Source: an uncultured bacterium
Lineage (GTDB): Bacteria > Bacteroidota > Ignavibacteria > Kapaibacteriales > UBA2268
Length of the DNA: 50,912 bases
Assembly (NCBI GenBank): GCA_937875295.1
Contig: CALLXS010000117.1
Span: 1 to 50,912 of the forward strand
Reading direction: 5' to 3'
A model generated the notes under the pieces. The model ran no database searches. It was not told the DNA's origin and saw only the letters and a program-made list of their open reading frames with translations. Shown here piece by piece: positions 38,391-48,006 of the stretch (position 1 is its first letter; the number at the start of each line of letters is the position of its first letter). The position numbers and the translations under genes are program-made.

Positions 38391-39950
38391 ATGATTAAGA
38401 ATATTGAACTCTATATTCCAATTGAATATAGAGATGATCTTGTATTTATTAAAAAATCCATAGCACGTTCCGCTAAAATCAGCCTCGAGGAAATTTCAAA
38501 TATAGAAATTGTAAAGAGGTCATTAGATTGTAGGAGCAAAGTACCTAAATATCTATTCAATATAAATATTTATTCAGGACAGGATAATTTAATTGAAGAA
38601 AATTATAATAATTATAAAGAATGTGATCCTAATAAAGTTGTGCATATAGTTGGTGCTGGACCTGCTGGTTATTTCGCAGCTTTAGAATTAATGAGAAATG
38701 GAATAAAACCTATAATATACGAACGAGGAAAAGATGTAAGAAATCGTCGCTTCGATTTAAAACAAATTATGCAAAAGGGATTGATTAATCCTAATTCAAA
38801 TTACTGTTTTGGAGAAGGAGGTGCTGGCACATTTTCAGATGGGAAACTATATACGCGGTCTCTCAAAAGAGGTAATGTAAAGAAAATACTTAAAATATTT
38901 GTTGAAAATGGAGCAGATCCTGATATTTTAGTAGATTCACAAGCTCATATTGGTTCTGATAAATTACCAGATATAATTAGCGAAATTAGAAATACAATTT
39001 TAAAATTCGGAGGTGAGGTTCATTTTAATTCCAAATTAACAAATTTGACAATTAAAAATAGTATAATCACCGAAATTGAGATAAATAATGAACAAATAAT
39101 AGAAATTAAAAATTTAATCCTTGCTACAGGGCATTCAGCTAAAGATATTTATTATTTATTAGATAAAAATAATGTCAAACTTGAAAGCAAGGATTTTGCA
39201 ATTGGATTTAGAATTGAGCATTATCAAGAACATATAAATGAATTGCAATATGGGAAAAAATTTGCTAAAATATTACCGCCAGCTTCCTATAAATTTGTTA
39301 GCCAAGTAAATGATAAAGGAGTTTATTCATTTTGCATGTGTCCTGGTGGAATTATTGTGCCTTCATCTACATCACCAAAGGAATTAGTTGTAAATGGAAT
39401 GTCTATGCATAGTAGAAATTCCAAATTTGCAAATTCTGGGTTTGTCTGCAGTGTAAATAATGCAGATTTAGTTGAATATACTCAATATAAGGAATTTGCA
39501 GGCTTGAAGTTTCAAGAGGATATAGAATCAAGTTTTTATTTTGACATATACGAAAATTTTATGAAAGCGCCGGCACAGCGTACAATTGATTTTGTTAATA
39601 ATAAAGAATCTAATTCTTTAGAGAAAAGCTCATATATTCCCGGCTTAATTAATATAAGATTAGATACTTTATTTCCTAAATTAATAAGTGAGTCGTTGAG
39701 AGTCGGGTTAATCAATATTAATCAAAAGAAAAAAGGTTTTATTTGCAATGAGAGCAATGTAATTGGGTTAGAATCTCGTACTAGTTCTCCTTTAAGAATA
39801 CCGCGAGAAAAGGAATTAATGCATCACATTCAAATTAAAAATTTATACCCTGTGGGAGAAGGAGCAGGTTATTCAGGTGGTATTGTATCATCAGCAATTG
39901 ATGGTGAAAATGCCGCAAAAATAATTAATACAAAAATTAATAATCAATAA
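38391..39950 (+). CDS. Uncharacterised FAD-dependent oxidoreductase (COG2509-like)
   Basis: IVGAGPAG, FGEGGAGTFSDGKL, HIGSD, ATGHSA, G.RIEH, YSFCMCPGG, VNGMS, ESRTSSP and GEGAGYSGGI.SSA.DG. Confidence 0.88.
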   Translation: MIKNIELYIPIEYRDDLVFIKKSIARSAKISLEEISNIEIVKRSLDCRSKVPKYLFNINIYSGQDNLIEENYNNYKECDPNKVVHIVGAGPAGYFAALELMRNGIKPIIYERGKDVRNRRFDLKQIMQKGLINPNSNYCFGEGGAGTFSDGKLYTRSLKRGNVKKILKIFVENGADPDILVDSQAHIGSDKLPDIISEIRNTILKFGGEVHFNSKLTNLTIKNSIITEIEINNEQIIEIKNLILATGHSAKDIYYLLDKNNVKLESKDFAIGFRIEHYQEHINELQYGKKFAKILPPASYKFVSQVNDKGVYSFCMCPGGIIVPSSTSPKELVVNGMSMHSRNSKFANSGFVCSVNNADLVEYTQYKEFAGLKFQEDIESSFYFDIYENFMKAPAQRTIDFVNNKESNSLEKSSYIPGLINIRLDTLFPKLISESLRVGLININQKKKGFICNESNVIGLESRTSSPLRIPREKELMHHIQIKNLYPVGEGAGYSGGIVSSAIDGENAAKIINTKINNQ

Positions 39951-39958
39951 GAAAAAAA

Positions 39959-41236
39959 TTATTTCAAAATTCCCATTTTAATATAGATTGGTTTAATTAT
40001 ATCTTTAATATTTGGATAGTCTTTGAAGTAAACAATTCCAGCAATTATACATATTATCCCACTAAAAATAATTGTAGGAGTTACTCCAAACATATCAGCT
40101 AACCAACCCGATAGCAAGCTACCTATTGGTGCTGTACCTAAAAAAGCAAGCGAATAATAGCTCATCACTCTACCGCGTTTGTCATCATCAACAAGGGTTT
40201 GTATTACAGTATTTCCTGATGCTGTCGTAAGCATTAAACTCATTCCAGTTAAAACCATTAATGCTATAGAAATAATAAAGTTATGCGATAATGCAAATAA
40301 TATTAATCCGATTCCAAATATTGTAACAGTGGTATAAATCAATTTAGCTAATCCTAAAGCATTTTTCCGTGAAGCAAGGTAAATTGCAGCAATTAAAGCT
40401 CCAACCCCTGTAGCTGCCATAAGAATACCGAAAGTATTTGGACCACCTCCAAGTTCTTTTTTAGCCATCACAGGCATTAGTACTTGATATATCATCCCAA
40501 ATAAATTAACAACAACTAAGAGCAAAATTATATTTCTAATTGGTCTAAAACCAAATGTATATTTCCACCCTTCTTTAAGATGTTGAGAAGTACTTTTATC
40601 ACTTTTAATAGGAATATGAGGAGGAAATTTCATCATCATTATTGATATGATAACAAAAATAAAACTCAAAGCGTTTATAAGGAAACAAATACCTTCACCA
40701 GTAAGTGCTATTAATATTCCAGCTACTGAAGGACCTACTAACCTAGCACCATTAAATATTGTGGAATTTAAGGCAATAGCATTGCTTAAATCATCTTTAT
40801 CATCGACTAATTCTGCAACCATTGATTGACGTACCGGGACGTCAAATGAATTTAAAATTCCGTGAATTATATTTAATACTATAATATGCCATACTTCTAT
40901 GTTGCCTGTTAAATATAGAATCGCAAGGATTAATGCTTGAATCATTAAACCTACTTGCGTAATGATTAGGAGCTTTTGTTTATCAAATTTATCTGCTACT
41001 ACACCGGCATAAGTCGATAAAATAAGGGTAGGGCTTTGCCCTAAGAAACCAATAAACCCAAGCATAAAAGCTGAATCAGTTATGGAATACACTAACCATG
41101 GAGTGGCAATTCTTTGTATCCAAGTACCAATTAAGGAAATTCCTTGACCGAAAAAGAATAATCGAAAGTTCCTATATTTTAGAGATCGAAATGTTTGTTT
41201 TAAACTTTTTTCAGTTTTAGTATAAATGTTTTTCAA
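39959..41236 (-). CDS. MFS transporter (MFS_3/DHA3-like)
   Basis: RNFRLFFFGQGISLIGTW, GVVADKFDK, FNGARLVGP and RGRVMS; about 12 hydrophobic segments. TTG start. Confidence 0.9.
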   Translation of the reverse strand: MKNIYTKTEKSLKQTFRSLKYRNFRLFFFGQGISLIGTWIQRIATPWLVYSITDSAFMLGFIGFLGQSPTLILSTYAGVVADKFDKQKLLIITQVGLMIQALILAILYLTGNIEVWHIIVLNIIHGILNSFDVPVRQSMVAELVDDKDDLSNAIALNSTIFNGARLVGPSVAGILIALTGEGICFLINALSFIFVIISIMMMKFPPHIPIKSDKSTSQHLKEGWKYTFGFRPIRNIILLLVVVNLFGMIYQVLMPVMAKKELGGGPNTFGILMAATGVGALIAAIYLASRKNALGLAKLIYTTVTIFGIGLILFALSHNFIISIALMVLTGMSLMLTTASGNTVIQTLVDDDKRGRVMSYYSLAFLGTAPIGSLLSGWLADMFGVTPTIIFSGIICIIAGIVYFKDYPNIKDIIKPIYIKMGILK

Positions 41237-41402
41237 TTTATCAAAAGAACTTAAAAGTCTTTTTAAATAGTGAATTATAGCTTTATTAAAATAAGATGAC
41301 GATTTTAAAATATAATTATTAGATAAAAGTATAATTATGAAATTTTACTATGTTTATCCATAAAATTTAATTAAAAAATAGTTGTAATTTAAAATATCTT
41401 TC

Positions 41403-41483
41403 TAAATTTGAAATATTTTAAATATTAACACAAATAAATATAATTATACATAACAATTAAATAAAGAAAAATTTGTATTTTTG
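41403..41483 (+). promoter_or_regulatory. Two candidate TAnnTTTG -7 elements upstream of the PlsA/Ger-like gene
   Basis: TAAATTTG at 41403-41410 and TATTTTTG at 41476-41483. Confidence 0.35.
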
Positions 41484-41509
41484 AAATCTTATAAAATATA
41501 CTTAAATAT

Positions 41510-44500
41510 ATGAAAAATATAGACTATAATATTGGAATAGATGTCGGATCTACAACAATTAAATTTGTAGTAACAGACTTTAATTTTAATGTAATATATA
41601 AAGAATATAGGCGACATTATGCTGATATTGAAAAATCAATTTACACTATAATTGAAGAAATCAAAAGTGAATTCACTGATGTTAGAGCCTCATTTTGTAT
41701 CACTGGTTCAGCTGGTATGGGTATTTCAGAGAGATGTGGTATACCTTTTGTGCAGGAAGTAGTAGCTTCTTGTGATATTATTTCCCACAAATATCCTGAT
41801 ACTAAAGTACTTGTAGATATAGGTGGCGAAGATTCTAAAATGATATTTTTTAAGCAAGGTAATTCTACTCCTGATATAAGGATGAATGGTAGTTGTGCTG
41901 GTGGGACTGGTTCATTTATCGATCAAATTGCTTCTTTACTAAATATTGAGATATCTGATTTAAATGCTCTAGCTGAAAATGCTACAATGACTTATCCAAT
42001 AGCATCTCGTTGTGGAGTTTTTTGTAAAACTGATATTCAAACTCTTCTCTCGCAAAATGTAAGTAAAAACGATATTGCAGCTTCTGTTTTTCATGCTGTA
42101 TGTATTCAAATACTTACTTCTTTAGCACGCGGTCAAGATGTGTTACCGAAAGTAATGCTAAGTGGAGGTCCATTTTATTTTATTCCACAATTAAGAAAAG
42201 CATTTGCAAAAACATTGAATTTAAATGAAGATGATTTTATCTTGTCAGAAAATGCTGCAGTTTTTCCAGCATGGGGTGCAGCTCTCAATGCAAGACATAA
42301 AAATAAATCAATGACTTTATCGGAATTTAATGATTTAATTGAATCATCTAAAGTCAAGAAACAAAATTATAATTCTTCCCGATTGCAGCGATTATTTACT
42401 TCCGATCAACATTATAATAATTGGAAAGAAACTAAAAGACAATTTAATTTTCCAAGAAGAGATATTCTGACAAATTATCCTAAAGAATGTTTCATTGGCA
42501 TTGATAGTGGCTCTACAACTACAAAATTAGTTGCTCTCGATAAAGAAGGCAAAATATTTTATCAATTTTATAGCAAAAACAAGGGAAATTCTTTACAAAC
42601 AGTAATTGAAAGCCTTAAAGAATTGCATAATACTGCTATGTCAGAGGGAATTGATTTAAAGATATTGAATTCTTGCGTTACTGGGTACGGAGAAGACTTA
42701 ATTAAAGCTGCTCTTTCGATAAATTTTGGGATGGTTGAGACAATTGCTCATTATACTGCTGCAAGTTTCTTTAATGAAAATGTGTCGTTTATTTTAGATA
42801 TTGGTGGCCAAGATATGAAAGCTATTTTCATTGAAAATGGTTTTATCAAGAGATTGGAAATAAACGAAGCATGTTCTTCAGGTTGTGGTTCATTTATTGA
42901 GACTTTCGCTCATTCATTAAATTTCACTGCTCCAGAATTTTCTGACGTCGCAATAGAATCTGATAATCCTTGTGATTTAGGAACGCGTTGTACTGTATTT
43001 ATGAACTCAAAAGTAAAACAATCTCTTCGCGAGGGTGCTTCTGTAAATGATATATCTGCAGGTTTAGGTTATGCCGTGATTAAAAATTGCTTAAATAAAG
43101 TATTAAAACTACGTGATTATTCCGAACTTGGTGATAATATTATGGTGCAAGGTGGTACTTTTAGAAATATTGCAGTAATTAGATCTTTAGAATTGGAAAC
43201 TGGAAAATCTGTAATGATTACTGATTATCCAGAATTAATGGGTGCATTAGGTACTGCTTTATATTGCAAGAAACAATTTGAAATAGGGGATAGCCAAGAA
43301 AAATATTTATCTGAAATAATAAAGCCAACACAAACAACTGAAAAAAAAGTAACTTGTAAAGGATGTGAAAATACTTGTCAAGTAGTAGCTTATAAATTTG
43401 AAAATAACAATATTTATTATTCCGGTAATAAATGCGAAAAAGTATTTTATAGTAAAGGAAATAAAGTTAAAAAAGGTGTCAATTTCCATTCTGAAAAATA
43501 TTCACTATTATTTGACAGAGGTGCTAATATTTCTAAGCCAAAAGCAAAGATAGGAATCCCAAGAGTATTAGGTTTTTACGAAAATTATCCATTTTGGCAT
43601 GCATTATTTACTAATTTAGGGTATGAAATTGTTCTTTCCGATACTTCTACTATGAATTTATTTGAGCAAGGAATTGATACAATCATGTCTGATAATATTT
43701 GCTTTCCAGCAAAAATTACAAATGGTCATATCCTAAATCTAATTGATAAAAAAGTAGATAGAATTTTCTTACCTTTTATCGTGTTTGAGCAGCAAGATGA
43801 TAAAAAAACTCCTAATAGCTATAATTGCCCGATAGTAACAGGTTATTCTGAAGTTATTAGCAGTGCTATATCGCCAGAAAAGAAATTTAATATACCTTTG
43901 GATTCTCCAGGTATTACTTTTAAAGATGAAAAATTATTAAAGAAAAATTGCATTTCTTACTTCAGAACTATTGAACCAAATATTTCAAATTCATCATTTA
44001 ATTTGGCATTTCAAGAAGCAATTAAAGCTCAAAAATCTTATGAAAGAATACTTACAGCAAGGTGTAATGAACTATTAAGAAAGGCAGAAAAAGAAGAAAG
44101 ATTAATTATATTACTTTCTGGAAGACCTTATCATATTGATCCATTTATTCAACACAAAATATCTGATATTTTCGCTGATTTTGGTGTTGATATTATTTCT
44201 GAGGATTTGCTCAGAGATTCTAATTCAATTACAGATGAAGCTGAAACTATTATGCAATGGGCTTATACTAATAGAATACTGAAATCAGCTCTATATGTAG
44301 CTAAATCATCTAAAAATATTCAATATGTTGAATTGACTTCATTCGGTTGCGGTCCAGATGCTTTTATTCTTGATGAAGTAAATGATATATTAAAAAGATA
44401 TGGTAAATATCCTACAATTTTAAAAATTGATGATATTAATAATACTTCTTCGACTCGGCTTAGAATTAGATCTTTGATAGAAAGTCTAAAACATAAAAAT

Positions 44501-45790
44501 GGACTTAGGACTGCTAATGATAGGAAATTTGAAACTACTCCTGCATTTAAGAAAGAAGATATTAATCGGAAAATAATTGTTCCTTGGTTTGGAGATTTCT
44601 ATTCTCCGATTATACCAACTTTGCTTGGATTACTCGGATATAATATAGAGAATCTACCTCCAAGTGACCAGAAGTCTGCTGATATTGGACTTAAGTATTC
44701 TAATAATGAAATTTGTTATCCAGCTACTTTGGTGATAGGTGATTTAATTAAAGCATTGAATTCCGGGAAATATAATCCTGATGAAATTGCTGTAGGAATC
44801 ACTCAAACAGGGGGACAATGTAGAGCTACTAACTATACTGCTTTAATTAAAAAAGCTTTGATAGCTGCTAATTTTAAAAATACTCCTGTAGTTGTAGTTG
44901 GCTTAGGTAGTACAGTCTTAAACGAGCAACCGGGATTCAAAGTATCGATAAAGAAAATATATAAACTATTAATTGCATCTGTAATTTACTTAGACGTACT
45001 GTCTCAGATGTATTATTCTACTGCTCCTAGAGAAAAAATTAAAGGTTCTGCATTAGCTTTGCGTAATAAATATATCGATCTATGTAATGATGCATTAAGA
45101 AATCAAGACCACGAAATATTTTATCAACTAATTAGAGAAGCATCAAAGGAATTTGCTTCTATTAATAACAGAAAAAATATACCAATAGTAGGAATTGTTG
45201 GTGAGATTTATGTAAAATATAATAATTTTGGACATAAAAATGTTATTAATTGGTTGGTTGAAAATGGAGTAGAACCTGTAGTACCAGCATTGACTAATTT
45301 CTTTACTGATGGATTTGCTAATACTGATATTCGCGTAAGGGATAATATAACAAGCAGAAAAATGCCTAAATTTATTTCTAATTTTGTTGAAAATTATATA
45401 AATAAAGTAATAGCAAAGATGGAAAATGAAATTAAAGATTATCCATTTTTCCGCTCAATCGGCAATTCAAGAGAAGAATCTTTAATGGCTGAAGAAGTTA
45501 TAAATCTTAACTCACAGTTTGGCGAGGGGTGGAGAATCCCAGCAGAAATAATTCATTTTGCTAAAAATGGAATCAATAATGTAATAAGTTTGCAACCATT
45601 TGGTTGTATTGCTAATCATATTGTTTCTAAAGGAATTGAAAAGAAGATGAGAGAATTATATCCTTCTCTTAATTTATTATCCTTAGATTTTGATAGCGGA
45701 ATGAGCGAAGTAAATATTTATAATAGACTTCATTTCATTGTTAAGAATGCAAAAACAGATGTAGAGATAAATGAACTAGCTACAGTTTAA
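41510..45790 (+). CDS. Multidomain 2-hydroxyacyl-CoA dehydratase activator/reductase protein (PlsA/PlsAR plasmalogen synthase or Ger glycerol-ester-reductase architecture)
   Basis: Two ASKHA activator domains (GIDVGSTT/DIGGEDSK/CAGGTG/CGVF and GIDSGSTT/DIGGQDMK/CSSGCG/CTVF). Cys linker CKGCENTC..GNKCE. Two dehydratase/reductase-like domains (ICFPAK, YNCP, SFGCGPD; ICYPA, TGGQCRATNY, GIVGEIY, GEGW, QPFGCIANH). Confidence 0.85.
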   Translation: MKNIDYNIGIDVGSTTIKFVVTDFNFNVIYKEYRRHYADIEKSIYTIIEEIKSEFTDVRASFCITGSAGMGISERCGIPFVQEVVASCDIISHKYPDTKVLVDIGGEDSKMIFFKQGNSTPDIRMNGSCAGGTGSFIDQIASLLNIEISDLNALAENATMTYPIASRCGVFCKTDIQTLLSQNVSKNDIAASVFHAVCIQILTSLARGQDVLPKVMLSGGPFYFIPQLRKAFAKTLNLNEDDFILSENAAVFPAWGAALNARHKNKSMTLSEFNDLIESSKVKKQNYNSSRLQRLFTSDQHYNNWKETKRQFNFPRRDILTNYPKECFIGIDSGSTTTKLVALDKEGKIFYQFYSKNKGNSLQTVIESLKELHNTAMSEGIDLKILNSCVTGYGEDLIKAALSINFGMVETIAHYTAASFFNENVSFILDIGGQDMKAIFIENGFIKRLEINEACSSGCGSFIETFAHSLNFTAPEFSDVAIESDNPCDLGTRCTVFMNSKVKQSLREGASVNDISAGLGYAVIKNCLNKVLKLRDYSELGDNIMVQGGTFRNIAVIRSLELETGKSVMITDYPELMGALGTALYCKKQFEIGDSQEKYLSEIIKPTQTTEKKVTCKGCENTCQVVAYKFENNNIYYSGNKCEKVFYSKGNKVKKGVNFHSEKYSLLFDRGANISKPKAKIGIPRVLGFYENYPFWHALFTNLGYEIVLSDTSTMNLFEQGIDTIMSDNICFPAKITNGHILNLIDKKVDRIFLPFIVFEQQDDKKTPNSYNCPIVTGYSEVISSAISPEKKFNIPLDSPGITFKDEKLLKKNCISYFRTIEPNISNSSFNLAFQEAIKAQKSYERILTARCNELLRKAEKEERLIILLSGRPYHIDPFIQHKISDIFADFGVDIISEDLLRDSNSITDEAETIMQWAYTNRILKSALYVAKSSKNIQYVELTSFGCGPDAFILDEVNDILKRYGKYPTILKIDDINNTSSTRLRIRSLIESLKHKNGLRTANDRKFETTPAFKKEDINRKIIVPWFGDFYSPIIPTLLGLLGYNIENLPPSDQKSADIGLKYSNNEICYPATLVIGDLIKALNSGKYNPDEIAVGITQTGGQCRATNYTALIKKALIAANFKNTPVVVVGLGSTVLNEQPGFKVSIKKIYKLLIASVIYLDVLSQMYYSTAPREKIKGSALALRNKYIDLCNDALRNQDHEIFYQLIREASKEFASINNRKNIPIVGIVGEIYVKYNNFGHKNVINWLVENGVEPVVPALTNFFTDGFANTDIRVRDNITSRKMPKFISNFVENYINKVIAKMENEIKDYPFFRSIGNSREESLMAEEVINLNSQFGEGWRIPAEIIHFAKNGINNVISLQPFGCIANHIVSKGIEKKMRELYPSLNLLSLDFDSGMSEVNIYNRLHFIVKNAKTDVEINELATV

Positions 45791-45905
45791 GATTTTTAAT
45801 GATAAAATAAATTAATAATTATTTACAATAAGTTATTTAATTTTACGAATTATAACTTTATAAAGAAGTTAAATTACATATAAATATTTATTGGGTATAA
45901 TTATT

Positions 45906-46637
45906 ATGGAAGAATTAAAAAGATTTCAAGCAAGCGAAGAAGCTAAAGGTAAAGCAAAACAATTAAGACTCTTTGCTTTAATCTCATTTCTACTTGCTAT
46001 GGCAGGGGAAGTATTCGCTATTTTAAAGCTAATTCACGACGATACACTCGTGTGGCTAATTGTAGTAATCGTAGTTATTCTTGCTTTGGCACTTTTAGGC
46101 TCATATTTGTGGAAAAAGTCTAATCGTTTAGATCCAGCATCAGAAGCAGACAAAACTCGTTTCTTTATTCAAAATCAATTAGGTGCTATTCTTAGTGTAT
46201 TGGCATTTTTGCCTCTCGTAATATTTATTTTCTCAAATAAAGAAATAAATAGCAAAACAAAAGGAATCGCAGGAGGTATTGTTGCTGTGGCATTATTAGT
46301 AGCTGGAATTTATGGAGTAGATTTTAATCCACCATCTATTGAAAAATATTCTAAAGAAATTAATGCCCAAACAGACTCACTAAAAACGATTAATAATGGG
46401 ACTGATTATGTCTACTGGACTAAAGAAGGGAATAAATATCATATTTATAAAGATTGTTATCATATTAAGAATAGAGAAGTGATAAATGATGGTACAGTAA
46501 AAAAAGCATGGGAAGCTAAGGGTATTTCGGAATTATGCCTTACATGCAAATCGCGAGTAATGAAAGAAAATAATATAATTGATGTAATAAAAGATAATAT
46601 TGAAAGTAGCGCTAAATCAATAAATAAAAACAATTAG
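45906..46637 (+). CDS. Hypothetical membrane protein (about 4 TM) with C-terminal His/Cys metal-binding-like motif
   Basis: Start moved to the ATG at 45906. Four hydrophobic segments, then VYWTKEGNKYH....C...LCLTCK. Confidence 0.65.
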   Translation: MEELKRFQASEEAKGKAKQLRLFALISFLLAMAGEVFAILKLIHDDTLVWLIVVIVVILALALLGSYLWKKSNRLDPASEADKTRFFIQNQLGAILSVLAFLPLVIFIFSNKEINSKTKGIAGGIVAVALLVAGIYGVDFNPPSIEKYSKEINAQTDSLKTINNGTDYVYWTKEGNKYHIYKDCYHIKNREVINDGTVKKAWEAKGISELCLTCKSRVMKENNIIDVIKDNIESSAKSINKNN

Positions 46638-46656
46638 ATATTAAAATTGAAATAAT

Positions 46657-46692
46657 AAAAAAGATGAGTCCAACTATGAACTCATCTTTTTT
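46657..46692. terminator. Bidirectional terminator between the membrane-protein gene and the secDF-STAS unit
   Basis: AAAAAAGATGAGT / ACTCATCTTTTTT 13-bp inverted repeat. Confidence 0.85.
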
Positions 46693-46714
46693 TTATTGAA
46701 AATAATTAAAAAAA

Positions 46715-47038
46715 TTACTTTAAGAAAACTTGATTTAAGTGAGTCATTTCAAGTAATTTCATTATTTTGTTGGGAATATTAACAAATTTAATTTTTTTAT
46801 CAATTTTTTTTGCAGATGTATATGCTGCCACAAGCATACCTAAACCTGAGGAATTCATTACCTCTACATTATCTAAATCGAGAATTAAAAGATTAATTTT
46901 GTCATCATTCAAGTGCTTATGTACTAATGATGAAAATTCCATAGCTTCACTTCCACCGAGTACTTTCTCCGGTAGAGCGATATTAACTTTAGTTCCATCA
47001 ATTTCAATTTTATATTTGTTTTTTTCCATATTATTCAC
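46715..47038 (-). CDS. STAS-domain anti-sigma-factor antagonist (RsbV/SpoIIAA-like)
   Basis: LILDLDNVEVMNSSGLGMLV with the phosphorylatable Ser, and LLEMTHL..VF. The start may be the ATG at 47029. Confidence 0.9.
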   Translation of the reverse strand: MNNMEKNKYKIEIDGTKVNIALPEKVLGGSEAMEFSSLVHKHLNDDKINLLILDLDNVEVMNSSGLGMLVAAYTSAKKIDKKIKFVNIPNKIMKLLEMTHLNQVFLK

Positions 47039-47043
47039 TTAAA

Positions 47044-47988
47044 TTATTTTCTTTTAAGGGCTAATTCATGTGCTCTATCTTTACGAAGTTTTTTATCAAC
47101 TACGTAAATTACATAAGAGCTAGAAATATAAATTGATGAGTACGTACCAACGATAACGCCTACCAACATTGTAAATGCGAAATTCTGAAGTACAGGACCT
47201 GCAGTGAAAACCATAATAGTTAAAACTAAAATAACGGAAAGACCTGTATTTACAGTTCTACTTAAAGTTTCATTTAAGCTCAGATTTATTATTTTCTTAA
47301 TTTCTAATCCTTTATGAATCTCGTTATTTTCTCGAATTCTATCAAAAATTACCACTGTATCATTAATTGAATAACCAATTACAGTTAAAATTGCTGCGAG
47401 CATAGTTTGGTCAAATTGAACGTTTAGCACACCTATTTGTCCCATAAAAAGAACAAAACCTACAGTGAATAGTACGTCATGGACTAATCCAATAATAGCT
47501 CCTAAGCCATATACGAACTCAAATCTAAAAGCAATATATAATGTAATTGCAATTATTGAGAGTAAAACTGCGATAATTGCTGAATTTCTCATTTCCTTAC
47601 CGACTTTAGGACCTATTGAATTTTCTCCTAATTTAGTTACATTTTCACCGGGGTAGGATTTTTGTAAAACACTCATAATTTGAGTAGAAATTTTACTATC
47701 ATTAGTATTATTTTCTTTTACTCTTATTAAATATTGATTATTTTTTCCGAATGTTTTTATCTCAGCATCTCCAATCCCACCTTTCTCAATATTAGATCTT
47801 ATATCATCTATTTGAACAGGTTGATTAAATGCTACTTGTATTTCAGTACCACCAACGAAATCAATACCGAAATTAATTTCAGAAAAAAGTATTAATAATA
47901 TACCTATTCCTAATGATATACAAGATAATACGAAAAAGAAGAATCTTGATTTAATAAAATCTATATTTGTTTCTTTAAAAAATTGCAT
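47044..47988 (-). CDS. secF: Protein translocase subunit SecF
   Basis: GIDFVGG, IGPKVG, YIAFRFE, HDV, GYSINDTVVIFDRIRE, TLSRT and GTYSSIYI. Confidence 0.96.
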   Translation of the reverse strand: MQFFKETNIDFIKSRFFFFVLSCISLGIGILLILFSEINFGIDFVGGTEIQVAFNQPVQIDDIRSNIEKGGIGDAEIKTFGKNNQYLIRVKENNTNDSKISTQIMSVLQKSYPGENVTKLGENSIGPKVGKEMRNSAIIAVLLSIIAITLYIAFRFEFVYGLGAIIGLVHDVLFTVGFVLFMGQIGVLNVQFDQTMLAAILTVIGYSINDTVVIFDRIRENNEIHKGLEIKKIINLSLNETLSRTVNTGLSVILVLTIMVFTAGPVLQNFAFTMLVGVIVGTYSSIYISSSYVIYVVDKKLRKDRAHELALKRK

Positions 47989-48006
47989 TGTATTCCTTTC
48001 TTTTTA

